The notes under the pieces were generated by a model. The model saw only the letters and a program-made list of their open reading frames with translations, searched no databases and was not told where the DNA came from. From Laetmonice hystrix (Eukaryota): a stretch of DNA of 64,000 nt. Positions 26,439-36,830 of the stretch are shown piece after piece (the first letter of the stretch is position 1; each line of letters begins with the position of its first letter). The position numbers were made by a program, and so were the translations under genes. The DNA lies in contig OZ249440.1 of the NCBI GenBank assembly GCA_965235115.1, positions 32,800,001 through 32,864,000 of the forward strand, given 5' to 3'.

Positions 26439-27117
26439 GTCATCAGATGAAATGATCGCGTCTCTACTTGAAGTCGCGGTCTTGAGCTGCCACGTTGTTT
26501 ACTGTTTTTTCCAATGGTGTCCGCGCTCTCGCATAAACCGGAACCTGCACGCCACTTCGCGAGATTTAGCGTGATCTGTAACCTCTGGAGGGCGAATTAG
26601 GACGATATGACTGTAACCAGAAGTTCAAGGGAAATCGTATCATTATCACGTTTAGCAACACGTTCAGAACGTTGCGTATTTCCCAATGTTGTGAAGATAT
26701 TTCCCTATCAGAGATCGGGAAGTGCACTGGCTCATGGAAAAAGAGAATGAGAGCAGTATGAAGTGAAAACAGGGGACCGATTGACCACCTACTCTAGTGT
26801 GAGGCCAGGGACTCTGGGTGCGACTACAACTCGCTTTAGGCCGGCATTGCACTTTTGTACAATGATTTTTGTTTTTAGCCCCACGGAAAGATTATCCAAG
26901 CTATTGAGTTGTAACGTTAACAACTAAGAGACAACATCATGAAGTGATACTACGAAAAATTTCATTGAATTACAATCATTACTTTTTGAGATATTGAAGT
27001 TTAAAGTTCGGGGCGTTTTTTTTATCCACCCGATATAAGGGACTCAATTTCTGCCGGCATCTCACTACCTGTGCCAGACTTGTGTCATTGCGCACTGGGG
27101 CGATACATGGAATCCAT

Positions 27118-27865
27118 TGGCCGTATGCAAGAACAGTGGCGAGAGTTAACCCGCAGAACGGGTTAACCCACACTTTGGTTTAACCTCGTCTCTGGGTTAA
27201 CTCAAAATCACCGGGTTAAGTCAGTCAATTTCGTTCCATATCACTCCATCGTAATCTGTATTTTCCATACAGCCTAATGGTGGTTTTGACCTTTAAAATA
27301 GAAGGAAACTTGCTTTACCTGACATATTTAAATCAGTAACAAAAAATAGTTCAAATGCAACCAACTTGCAATAAAAATGGTGCTGCATTTGGCTGTTTTG
27401 GATAAACTCGCCAGTCACAGTCAAGCGGCATCTTGCGGTAACGTACGGAGATGTCAATTCTGACGTGATCTTTACTGTGACGTCACAATAAATCGGCCAA
27501 GCTGAGTGTGACGTTGGACTGCTATGTCACAGACATGTCTCGATTCACGTCATTGTGGGCTCTTGTTTAGTCAGCAAAGAGATGGCAAAATGGGTCAGGC
27601 TGTAGGAACGGTATCCCAGCAAGTTAGAAACGGAACTTGAAACGTGTAGATGACTCGTAGGCTTGGTGATAGCCAAGTATTCAGAGGCAATCGACACTCA
27701 CGGCCTCCATGTTTCTGTGGGTTAACCCTACTAAGGTAGCAGGGTTAACTTTAACCCAGAGAACGGGTTAACCCTGACAATTTTTACGTTCTTGCATACC
27801 GGGTTAACGAGTTAACCCACAGACTGGGTTAACCTCGAGGTTAAATACGTTCTTGCATACGGCCA
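27118..27865. mobile_element. MITE (PIF/Harbinger-like) with GGGTTAACCC subterminal palindromes
   Basis: CAT|TGGCCGTATGCAAGAAC...GTTCTTGCATACGGCCA|CAT: 17-bp TIR, 3-bp TSD. Confidence 0.8.
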
Positions 27866-28453
27866 CATGTATATTAATGCGTCGAAGGGTGTCCAAGCAC
27901 AACTGTAGGTCATGACCTCCTATTTAGCCAATGGGCTGCTGGTTGTCCCTCAAAAAGGTACGGAGTGAATGTATCTAGGGCCAAGAATAGATATAACCCC
28001 CCTGAATGTGCTCATCAAATACCACAGAGAAAAAGTTCACTATATGATCAATAATATCAGTGTATTATTAGAGAATATCTGCTTAACTTTCCTTGGAAAA
28101 TCTTAGCCAATATGTTATGTATCACAGGCCTGTATTCTGGTCGATTTGGTGGTGCCACCTGGGGTCATGTAACAGAAGCTCCGATAAAATGAAATCTAAT
28201 CATTCAACCTATACGTAAATTGAGTTTTTATTGTCGGAAACATGCATATCTAACCTGCCATGCCAAGCAGACATTCGCAGAAATTATTTTAAACATTGAA
28301 AATGGCCAAAACATTACATTAAATTATAGAAGAAAATAAATAGTGGATCATAACCTGTAGGGGCCTGATGGGAAACTCACTATACAAAGGAATTTTACTT
28401 CTGGTTGCCAAAGTCAACATTCAGAGAGTGTCACCCATACCCACCAAAGCATC

Positions 28454-28948
28454 ATGGAGCCGCGGCAGTTTGTCACAGAAGTACAGGGCAGGTTACTGAG
28501 TAAAAGTAGACTAGATGGTGGAGGGTGCCTCCTGTGGACAGAGGCCAGGTGGGGAGATTCACACTATGGGGTTCTAAGTCTTCGTTTGCCAGGTTCCTCT
28601 AAAAAGATTTATTTTCGTGTCCATGGATTAGCCTATCAATTACACTACCTTATTCAACAACCAAATATTAACCACATTTCGGTTCAGATTTTAATGCCCC
28701 CCAACATCAATCTTCAGGGAGATAGGGTTGAAATTAGCCATTTGTGCCACCAAACCCTGTGTGTGAATCCCTCCCACCTGACCCTTGAGCCACGTCCAGT
28801 GAATGCTGCAAGACGTGTTTGTAATGCACAGCAAGTTTGCACCCGGGAACACACCCCTAACTGTTTTTTTCCTGGTAGGTATAGCTTTAGTTTAGGTCTA
28901 ACCCCGAGCTCTCTCACCGCCATAATTTATGTTCACATTTTTGTGTAG
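28454..28948 (+). CDS. His-Me finger (I-PpoI-like, zf-His_Me_endon) endonuclease
   Basis: CLLWT...YG...RVHGLAY...ISHLCHQTLCVNPSHLTLEP..VNAARRVC...C...H.PNC. Possible donor site at ~28875, so the true C-terminus is uncertain. Confidence 0.85.
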   Translation: MEPRQFVTEVQGRLLSKSRLDGGGCLLWTEARWGDSHYGVLSLRLPGSSKKIYFRVHGLAYQLHYLIQQPNINHISVQILMPPNINLQGDRVEISHLCHQTLCVNPSHLTLEPRPVNAARRVCNAQQVCTREHTPNCFFPGRYSFSLGLTPSSLTAIIYVHIFV

Positions 28949-29256
28949 GTATGGTCACTGTGCTGAGTCTGTTTCAAGGCAAGATTTTTCTGGTAATAAG
29001 TTTTAGAATCCTGTGGTTCGCAGGTGTCCTTAAGCTTAAAAAGTGTCCTTCTTTTGTTGATTCGTGCATTCTTTTTCTTTGTTGACCCCCTGGCAAGTTT
29101 TCTGGCCATGTCCTGCTGCTGACGTCGCAGCAGGCCACGTGTCACCCGTGTACCAGGAGTGACTGGGGCTCCCACAAACTCCGTTTGACTCAGGATTGAA
29201 TCACCAATCCCTCGATTCACAGCATTCACAGCACAGTGCACTCTGGCAGCAAAGTT
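28933..29256 (-). pseudogene. C-terminal fragment of KolobokP-like transposase
   Basis: NFAARVHCAVNAVNRGIGDSI...basic stretch...DHTY. Appears to continue the VNRAISSTTPKNK frame that breaks at the LINE 5' junction. Confidence 0.6.
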
Positions 29257-29455
29257 TTTTTTATTTTTTTTTTTTTTTATTTTTTTTTTTTTTATTGATC
29301 ATCTTTACCCAGGGAGTCCTGCTCGACTAAATGCCGTCACAAATGCAGGCCCCTGCCTTATATTACAGTATTCGTATAGATCCCGTGATTCATTCATTTA
29401 GCATAGCAGTATAGGTATTCTATATACATTGTCATATTATACAGCTTTTAATTTA

Positions 29456-32398
29456 TTACCAATGATGGATATCCCGATTGTTATCCATGAAGAACATACT
29501 GATATAATATTTCTTAATTTCTGATTTAAATTCATCAATGTTTGTGATAAGTCTAATGTAAACAGGTAGATTATTCCAAATTATTGATTTATAGTAACAA
29601 TTAGATTTTTTAAAGAGTTCGCTATGAGGTTTAGGCACCTGGAGTAGTATGCCATCATGAGCTCTGGTTACCACTTCCCTTCGATCTACTAATGCTGTAT
29701 TGTCAATAATTTCGTTAAAAGTAGTTTTCTGTAACATGATTAATCTTCGATATTTGCAAGGAAGTAGCTTAGCTTCAATATGTAGATCTACTGTGTTCCA
29801 TAAAATATTTCTATTGAGTGCAATTTTGAGCCCACTATTTTGTATGACCTGTAACTTATGTTTATAATTTTCATTACATGTGCCATTAAAAATATTACCA
29901 TATTCAATATAAGGTAAGATCATCGATTTAAAAATAGTTAGAGCTGTGTTATTATTAATATATTGTCTAATTCTTGATAACATATATACTTTGTATCCTG
30001 CTTTTTTTATACTATTTTTGATGTGATCATTGAATTGAAGTTTATCATCTAAGATTATACCAAGATATGAAAAGTTTCTTACAAAATCTAATTGGACATC
30101 ATTAACAGTAATCTGAGGTAATTCCCTCTGGTCATTTATAAACTTGCTGAAATACATGCATTTTGTTTTCTCTAGGTTAACCGTAAGCTTATTAGCATTG
30201 AACCATTCAATTAGCTTCCCAATATCATTTTTGATTTGTGATGCAACATCTGACAAATTGTCACCATGTGCTATCATACCAGTATCGTCTGCAAACATAG
30301 ACAGATCGGACGTAATGTGACTATCCATGATATCATTGACGTATAACAAATAGATAAGAGGTCCTAGTACACTTCCCTGCGGTATCCCATAGTTTATAGT
30401 TTGACAGTCAGATTTTACACCCCCGTTTTTTACATATTGCTGTCTATTCCTTAAATATTCAATAATCCATTTTTTACAGCATCCAGTAATACCAAGCTTA
30501 TCCAATTTCCCACATAGTATATCGTGATTTACGCAATTAAAAGCTTTTGCTAGGTCGAGGAATATTACTATACTGTATTCTCCATTGTTTCTGTGATCAT
30601 ATAATTTATTCACGATATTGTTCACGGCCCGGATCGTTGACTTTCCTTTCCTAAAACCATTTTGATGTTTAAAAAAGAGGTTATTGTCTTCCATATATTT
30701 ATAAAGTACGTTGTTTACATGTTTTTCTAAGATTTTTGAGGGAAGAGGCGTATTCGATATCGGTCTTAAATTACCCACTTGTGTAATGTCGCCCTTTTTG
30801 GGCAGTGGTGTTACCTTGGACATTTTAAAGCAATCAGGTATCTGAGAAGTTTTAAGGGAGAAATTATAAAATTTTACCAAAATATCAGGGATACTGTAAA
30901 ACGCATCTACTAGTAATCTTGTACTAATTTCATCTAAGCCTGATGATTTTGTTAATGAGATTTCCTTAAGAATTTTAAGCAACTGTTCCTTTGTAAATTC
31001 TTCAAATACACAAAGATTCATGCGACTTTTTTCGTAATGGTTTAAGTCTATATTTGATGCTGGTAATTTGTCAGCAAGATTTTTACCAATATTTACAAAA
31101 TAATTGTTCATAACATCATTTGCCTCTTTACCATAACATAATTCATGTGTGGAAGGGTTAATAATGGCGTCAACCTTTTTACTATTTAGATCAGGAATAA
31201 GTTTTTTAATATCTTTCCAAAACATGTTCTGATCTTTCTCATGTTCCTTTAACTTGGATAATGTATAATTTTGTTTTGCCTCTTTTACCATGGTGTTATA
31301 TACCTTACGTGCATGTGAAGCTTTATCGTAATTTCTTTGTGATTTATTCCTCTTATATATTTTAAACAAGATATCTCTGTTTACTTCGAATTCAAGTAAC
31401 TCTCTATTCATCCATTCAGGTCTATTAACATTTACTTTAATCATTTTATAAGGGCACATATGGTTAACCTCATATTCAATAGCCTTGTATATCATTCCCC
31501 ACATATCATCTATATTGTCAAGTAGATCCAATATAGACCAATCCAACTTTTTTAAATTGTCTTGAAACTTATTCTTATCATAGTATTTATAACTTCTACA
31601 TCGAACATACATTTTCTCTCTGGTGATGTGCTTTCTTTTTTTAATTACATATATGGGCAAATGGTCACTTACATTATACTCGATACAACCTGACGCATAA
31701 ATGTTTTTTATATTAGTGAAAATAACATCGATTAATGAACTGCCACCTCTATGTATTCTCGTGCTCTTCTTAATTATCTGTTTCAAATTAAATTCATCTT
31801 CAATTGATGTAAGTGACTTGTGATAATCAGAGTTGACATCCAGATAATCAATATTTAAGTCCCCTACTATTACAATTTCATATCTATCTAATGTATCTAT
31901 TTGGTAAAGACATGTTTTAATAGAGTTAAGAGCGTTTTCGGGATTGCCATTAGGCGGCCTGTAGCAATTCATTAATACAATTTTCTTAGCATTAATACCA
32001 GCAATAATTACTACTTGCATTTCAATATCAATGTCTGAAACCTGCTTGAAAATATCATATGTGATTTCATCTCTCAAGAAAATACATGTACCACCTCCTC
32101 TTTTCCGACCACGGTCATTCCTAATTAGATTATAACCTTCTATTTGTGTGAGTTCTTGTATTAATTCAGCTTTAAACCAAGTTTCAGTAAAACATAATAT
32201 ATTGGTGTGAGGAGTAAAGCTATTACGAATAATATCTAATTTAGGATATAAACTTCTAATATTTAAATGCATGATTTTAAATCCTTTTAAGTTTGAGAAT
32301 TCATCTATAGTTATATTATCCAGATCTTCTTCATGAATACTATCTCCATCATCTATACCATTATCACCCATATCTATATACACGTCTTCTACATACAA
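29456..32398 (-). CDS. LINE ORF2: apurinic-like endonuclease + reverse transcriptase (980 aa, uninterrupted)
   Basis: APE: LNIRSL, FTETW, RGGG, YRPP, GDLNID, LIDVIF, SDH. RT: LRPIS, QNGFR, LDLAKAF, GIPQGSVLGP, FADDT. Met start may be 32371. Confidence 0.96.
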   Translation of the reverse strand: MYVEDVYIDMGDNGIDDGDSIHEEDLDNITIDEFSNLKGFKIMHLNIRSLYPKLDIIRNSFTPHTNILCFTETWFKAELIQELTQIEGYNLIRNDRGRKRGGGTCIFLRDEITYDIFKQVSDIDIEMQVVIIAGINAKKIVLMNCYRPPNGNPENALNSIKTCLYQIDTLDRYEIVIVGDLNIDYLDVNSDYHKSLTSIEDEFNLKQIIKKSTRIHRGGSSLIDVIFTNIKNIYASGCIEYNVSDHLPIYVIKKRKHITREKMYVRCRSYKYYDKNKFQDNLKKLDWSILDLLDNIDDMWGMIYKAIEYEVNHMCPYKMIKVNVNRPEWMNRELLEFEVNRDILFKIYKRNKSQRNYDKASHARKVYNTMVKEAKQNYTLSKLKEHEKDQNMFWKDIKKLIPDLNSKKVDAIINPSTHELCYGKEANDVMNNYFVNIGKNLADKLPASNIDLNHYEKSRMNLCVFEEFTKEQLLKILKEISLTKSSGLDEISTRLLVDAFYSIPDILVKFYNFSLKTSQIPDCFKMSKVTPLPKKGDITQVGNLRPISNTPLPSKILEKHVNNVLYKYMEDNNLFFKHQNGFRKGKSTIRAVNNIVNKLYDHRNNGEYSIVIFLDLAKAFNCVNHDILCGKLDKLGITGCCKKWIIEYLRNRQQYVKNGGVKSDCQTINYGIPQGSVLGPLIYLLYVNDIMDSHITSDLSMFADDTGMIAHGDNLSDVASQIKNDIGKLIEWFNANKLTVNLEKTKCMYFSKFINDQRELPQITVNDVQLDFVRNFSYLGIILDDKLQFNDHIKNSIKKAGYKVYMLSRIRQYINNNTALTIFKSMILPYIEYGNIFNGTCNENYKHKLQVIQNSGLKIALNRNILWNTVDLHIEAKLLPCKYRRLIMLQKTTFNEIIDNTALVDRREVVTRAHDGILLQVPKPHSELFKKSNCYYKSIIWNNLPVYIRLITNIDEFKSEIKKYYISMFFMDNNRDIHHW

Positions 32399-32960
32399 TT
32401 ATATTTACAAGGGATCTATACTGTACAATTATTATTATTTGGTAAATATTCTTTGTGAGGTTAATAAGCCGGTGTTTAATTACTATAATTACCAAGAAAG
32501 CATCATATGTACAACATATAGCACAAAATCTGTTTGGACATTTATAACAATGGTGCGGTATAGTGCAGATCGTTCTAAGATGCTGAAAGTACAATCTAAG
32601 AGTAGTACTTTGTTCCGAGAGGAGACACACATCACATTGTCCGAGACTTAGACCTAACCTACCTAAAGAAAAACATACAAAATGTGAAAAAATAGGTATT
32701 TCACACTTAAAACTAGTAGAATATAGAAGAAGAGATACATATATTATAATAAACAGCTTACTTTGGAAAAACATAGTGGCACTTTGCCAAGTCACACTAT
32801 ATATAATCCATTGGTGTGGGTAACATAGTATAGGTTACAATATAGGTTCTTATCAGTTTATGCTGAAGAGGAGTGGATAATGCAATATTATGATAGTAGA
32901 TAGCCCCAATAGTTTGAAGTCCATACCAGACAACGACAGTTCAATCTGACTTAGTGTTTG

Positions 32961-33440
32961 TTAATTTAAATTGGCTCGGACATTCATGAGTATTTCTCCA
33001 AGTTGATTTCTGCCCTTCCAGGTCTTGGTTCTTATTTCAGTAGAGGTGAGCGTTGCCTCTGCCCCCCAGAAAAAGTCTCTTGTTGCTTCAACAAGTGTTG
33101 TTTTCCCAGTCGTAAGAAGGTAATCGCGGAGGTGCAAATTTCGATGAAACTTTTCGTACACAGCCTGCTGCATCACCCTAAGTTTGTCTGTTTCCCACGT
33201 AGATCCTTGAATGTTTGGTATCGAGTCCCCCAGTCTTTTAATAACAACACAGTCAGTTTCACGTTTAATCTTCGATGCTACTTCGTCACGACCCGCTGAT
33301 TTGGCTTTCTTGTACTGGTACAGCTGTTCCACACTATTATAGGTGCAACCGTCGATAGTGAGTTTCACCGGATAAAAGTTACTCAGAACAGAGTGCTTGC
33401 TATAGAAGGCTGTCGTGTCCTCATTTACTCTGACCGTACG
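32961..33440 (-). CDS. NADAR (YbiA/DUF1768-like) domain, probable C-terminus of LINE ORF1, 5'-truncated
   Basis: The frame extends upstream of the listed ORF as AFYSKHSVLSNFYP, then YNSVEQLYQYKK, KRLG, W, EKFHRNLHLRDYLLTTGKTTLVEATRDFFWG, GRNQLGEILMNVR. All hallmark NADAR motifs are present. Confidence 0.88.
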   Translation of the reverse strand, partial: RTVRVNEDTTAFYSKHSVLSNFYPVKLTIDGCTYNSVEQLYQYKKAKSAGRDEVASKIKRETDCVVIKRLGDSIPNIQGSTWETDKLRVMQQAVYEKFHRNLHLRDYLLTTGKTTLVEATRDFFWGAEATLTSTEIRTKTWKGRNQLGEILMNVRANLN

Positions 33441-33441
33441 A

Positions 33442-33866
33442 TTTGTTCTTGGGTGTTGTACTGCTTATGGCCCTGTTGACAGCAGGTGCTTGGTCTTTTC
33501 CAGGACTTTCTGGCCCAGCCTGTATTCAATCAGTCTGACCAGTTTCTCCTTGTCACCATCCGTGCATGTAAGGCCAAAGCCCTCAGGCAGGAATGCACTG
33601 TGTGACAGCCAGTTTTTCTTCTTTTTTGCTTTGCAAGGCCTTGCCTTGCACAGCCGGCCCTCACTGTCGGTGATGGTGGCTGCAGCCTGATCTCCTCTTC
33701 CACTGTGTGTAGGTGAGCGGAGTAATTCGAATTCTTCTTTGGTGTGTCTTACATAGACACCTACGTCTGGTTCAGGCCTACCGGCCTGCTTTCTCAACTT
33801 GTAGGCGCAGTTACCAGGTTGAAAGCCATGTCTCCAGCTGTGCTTCTTTCTGCTACGTGATGTCAT
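33442..33866 (-). pseudogene. N-terminal/internally deleted fragment of KolobokP-like transposase
   Basis: Basic N-terminus with GFQPGN and YVRHTKEEF...DSEGRLCKARP is fused directly to a late segment NWL...IEYRLGQKVLEKT. The DDE core is absent. Confidence 0.55.
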
Positions 33867-34914
33867 GGTAGTTTTCTAAGAAATTCTCTATAATTTAGGC
33901 GAATTTTTTTCAAAATCCTGTTCTAATCAAACAGAAAAATGATACTGAGTTTGATCTGCCTGTTGGCTTCATATATACCCACTCCCACCCTCTTCCCAGG
34001 CAGCTCAGACTCTCAGGTGGCACCTTTGAACCCCTCCCCCTAATCCCTGTCTAAACCTAGGCTTCCTGCCTGGGGTGGGGACCACCTTTGAGGGGGGTCC
34101 ATACATCCACACAGACACTTGGAGTACATCTCTTTTGATGTTTCTTTGAAGTTAACATCCTTCCCATATTCCCTCAACTGAATTTGACACTTTTGAAATC
34201 CAACATAGGGAGATATGGGGATAAATATAATAAAGTGGACCTTTTTTTACTGAAAATATGAGAGGGGGTACTCACATGCTTCATAGCGAATGAAGATTCT
34301 CACTTTATATTTATTAATTTCAACTTTTGAACACTTTACATGTTGGCTTAATACATAACTAAAATGAGAAGTTCATAGATGAATTTATTCATTGTCTAAT
34401 TTGTGCACAAAGTCAGGATACTGCTATGAGTGCATGGCAAAATAGGGTTTTTTTTATCTCCGAGTGTCCAGATTGTATATGATCGATAACTCAGTCTTCA
34501 TTTAGTCTACACCATTTATATTTTGTGTGGTTGTTGCAAACATATAACCATTAAAGGGGTCTAATTTTGAACAGATTCGGGGTGATGGGTCTTGATCTGT
34601 AAGCGAAGCGACCGGAAGTTGGGCCGAGGTTTTCCGAATGGTGCAGGTTTAGATGTGTTGATGGAATGTCTGGAGCCACCAGCACGTGTTTGTATAACTA
34701 CACTGACATATGTGCACACACTAAACGAGATAATGCCTGTAGAAATACATTCAAAGACTTTTGACACATGAGCGTGCAAGGCACATTGAAATTATATCAG
34801 TTTTGTAAGAATTGCATTAACACTGATAAGAGACATCTTTCTCCCTCCCACTTGCCTTTTATATTCATCCGTAGGCCTATTCATGATTCATAAAAATGAA
34901 TGTTTTAATGAATG

Positions 34915-35142
34915 GGGTACACTGGAACTAGATTCAACATACCGGGGGTATATTCAGCCCTAGGTTCAGTATACCGATGGGGGTACTTTGAAACTGGTGG
35001 GGGTATTAAAACTAGGTTCAGAATACCCCAGGGGGTATATTGAACCTAGGCTGAATGTACCCCCCGGTATGTTGGACCTAGGTTAATTATACCGGGGGTA
35101 TATACTGGAGGGGGGGGGGGGTATGTTAGACTTGCTACACCG
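34915..35142. repeat. Cluster of short direct/inverted CTAGGTTCAGTATACC-type repeats ending ...GCTACACCGG (MITE end fragment)
   Basis: Repeated ACTAGGTTCA / TGAACCTAG and ATACCGGGGGTAT motifs. Confidence 0.45.
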
Positions 35143-36649
35143 GGCCCCAACGGGAATATCATTGAACACTCCATGCTGTCAGCTACCGACAAGCCTGAAC
35201 TATAAAAGATTCAGAAGTATCAGAGTAAAATCACCACAGTCGAGGAAAAGATGCTAATGTTAGACCTAATTCTATGTAGAATACAACGTCAACGCCGACA
35301 CTTGTATTGTAAGTCGCCACTTGGCCTAAGCCGACGCACCGAGTCTTGCCCCAAGTAACGTTTATACATATAAATTTCTACCTCTAAGTGGACACGGCGA
35401 ATCCTTAAGCTATAACGTAAGCCTGGCCGCCCAGAGAGTAGTACTGGGAAATGAACCTTTTAAGCAGGCATCTCTTTGTCCCCGTGTTCTAAGGGGCAGA
35501 CCATTTAATAGCTGGGGGGGGAGGGTATGGTTTTTTCGTAAAAAAAAAGTTTGTTTGCCAAGTTGACCCAAAAAAATAGTTTCCTCCCAAATGTGTGCGA
35601 AAAAATAGTTTGTTTAGCAATATGCATGAAAAAAATAGATTGTTGACAGGCAGCAGATTTATAAAAAGAAATCTGCCCAAAACTGCTAAAAAAAATTAAA
35701 AGAAGTCCAAAACTTTTCCTCGCTCGGCTCGCTCAAGTTTTATTTAGGCATACTCTATATACTGCCACACTTAAATAAACATGGAAAACAAAGTACAATT
35801 TACTAGTCTTGCTACATAGGCCTAGCCACAATACCCTAAACAATACTGAGTGAAACATATCAAACTGAACAATATGACATGCAATTGAATACTAGTATGT
35901 ATAGCTTGATCAATTGTTTTATGTAGACATTCGCTTGCACTACAAGACATTTGAAAGCCCACAAATCTGTGAAGACAATTAGAACTTCCAATTTGTTTCA
36001 TAGTCTATTATAAAAGTACTGCATGGTTCAAAGCTGATTACAGTACAGTCATATATTTGACTGTGAGACGTTATATCTAGGAACCGTAGATTTTCTTCAA
36101 CCTCTGTCATAGGCGCCGGAACCGGGGGGGGGGGGGGCAGGGGGTGCCTGTTGCCCCCCCCCCCCCCAGCTCAAAAGCTGGGGGGCAAGCATATAGTTTT
36201 GCCCCCCCCCCCAGCTCCAAGGTGGCAGGAGATGGTCAGACGGCCTAGGTTTTGTTCCCAGATGCCAGGAAAACGTGTATTTGGCACTTTAATTTTCAAA
36301 TTTTTCTGGGGGTGGGCCCCAGACCCCCACTCGAGGCTTCACGCCTTTGACGCTCTTATCACCAGCATTTCAAAACTTGGAACTTGGGACCTATGATTTG
36401 GTCTCCCCTCCCCCCCCCCTCACCTGTGAATTGGTTTGATTAAATTTCTTTGAGTAGCATGATATACACTGCAGCTACGTGTATACATGTATATTTAACT
36501 GGAGATGCCCTACAGCCGTCAGTGTTCAGGGCCGTACATCCTGGGGGGGGGGGGGGGTTACAGGGTATCTGTAACCCCCCTTGGGTCCAGCCTTAAAAAT
36601 AAATTATAGACTTTTTTGAAATATCTAACCTTTATTGGAGCCACACAAA

Positions 36650-36830
36650 GGGTGCTGATGCAGTCGCAGACTTTGTTTGTGTTGAAAACGCAGACTGCGT
36701 TTGGGAAATCGCACCTCACCCTCCTCGGACATAGGATAGATCCTGGGGGTTTACACGCCATGAAGGAAAAAGTCGAAGCCGTGGTTAAAGCACCTGAACC
36801 AATAAACAAAAAGGAGCTGCAGGCAATTAT
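36650..36830 (+). pseudogene. Degenerate Gypsy pol fragment (RT C-terminus)
   Basis: LLGHRIDPGGLHAMKEKVEAVVKAPEPINKKELQA. Confidence 0.7.

Larger units (their letters stand above)
17337..26595. mobile_element. ISL2EU (PHIS group) DNA transposon, near full-length
   Basis: AT|TCGCCCTCCAAAGGTT ... AACCTCTGGAGGGCGA|AT (TIR, AT TSD), plus an inverted subterminal GCGTGCAGGTTCCGGT. It encodes convergent THAP-DDE and YqaJ genes, the known ISL2EU gene pair. Confidence 0.88.
16916..27035. mobile_element. Tc1/mariner-type non-autonomous element with ~200-bp TIRs, interrupted by the ISL2EU insertion
   Basis: TA|TATCGGGTGGATAAAAAAAAACGCCCCGAACTTTAAACTT... at 16916 is inverted at ...AAGTTTAAAGTTCGGGGCGTTTTTTTTATCCACCCGATA|TA (27035). 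Inverted similarity extends to ~17111 and ~26841. TA flanks. Confidence 0.75.
29257..33441 (-). mobile_element. 5'-truncated non-LTR retrotransposon (CR1/L2/Crack-type) carrying a NADAR domain
   Basis: Interrupted poly(A) tail at ~29257-29295, ~160-bp 3' UTR, APE-RT ORF2, ~560-bp spacer, and a NADAR reading frame truncated at the junction with the Kolobok sequence. Confidence 0.88.
28454..33866. mobile_element. KolobokP-like DNA transposon remnant (ends not defined), split by a LINE
   Basis: A His-Me finger ORF on + converges on transposase-like fragments on -. This gene pair is characteristic of KolobokP. Long terminal direct repeats were not found. Confidence 0.65.

Noticed and set aside
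34551..35463. Possible KolobokP terminal repeat starting TTAA|AGGGG
   Set aside because: No matching direct or inverted partner found on the left side.
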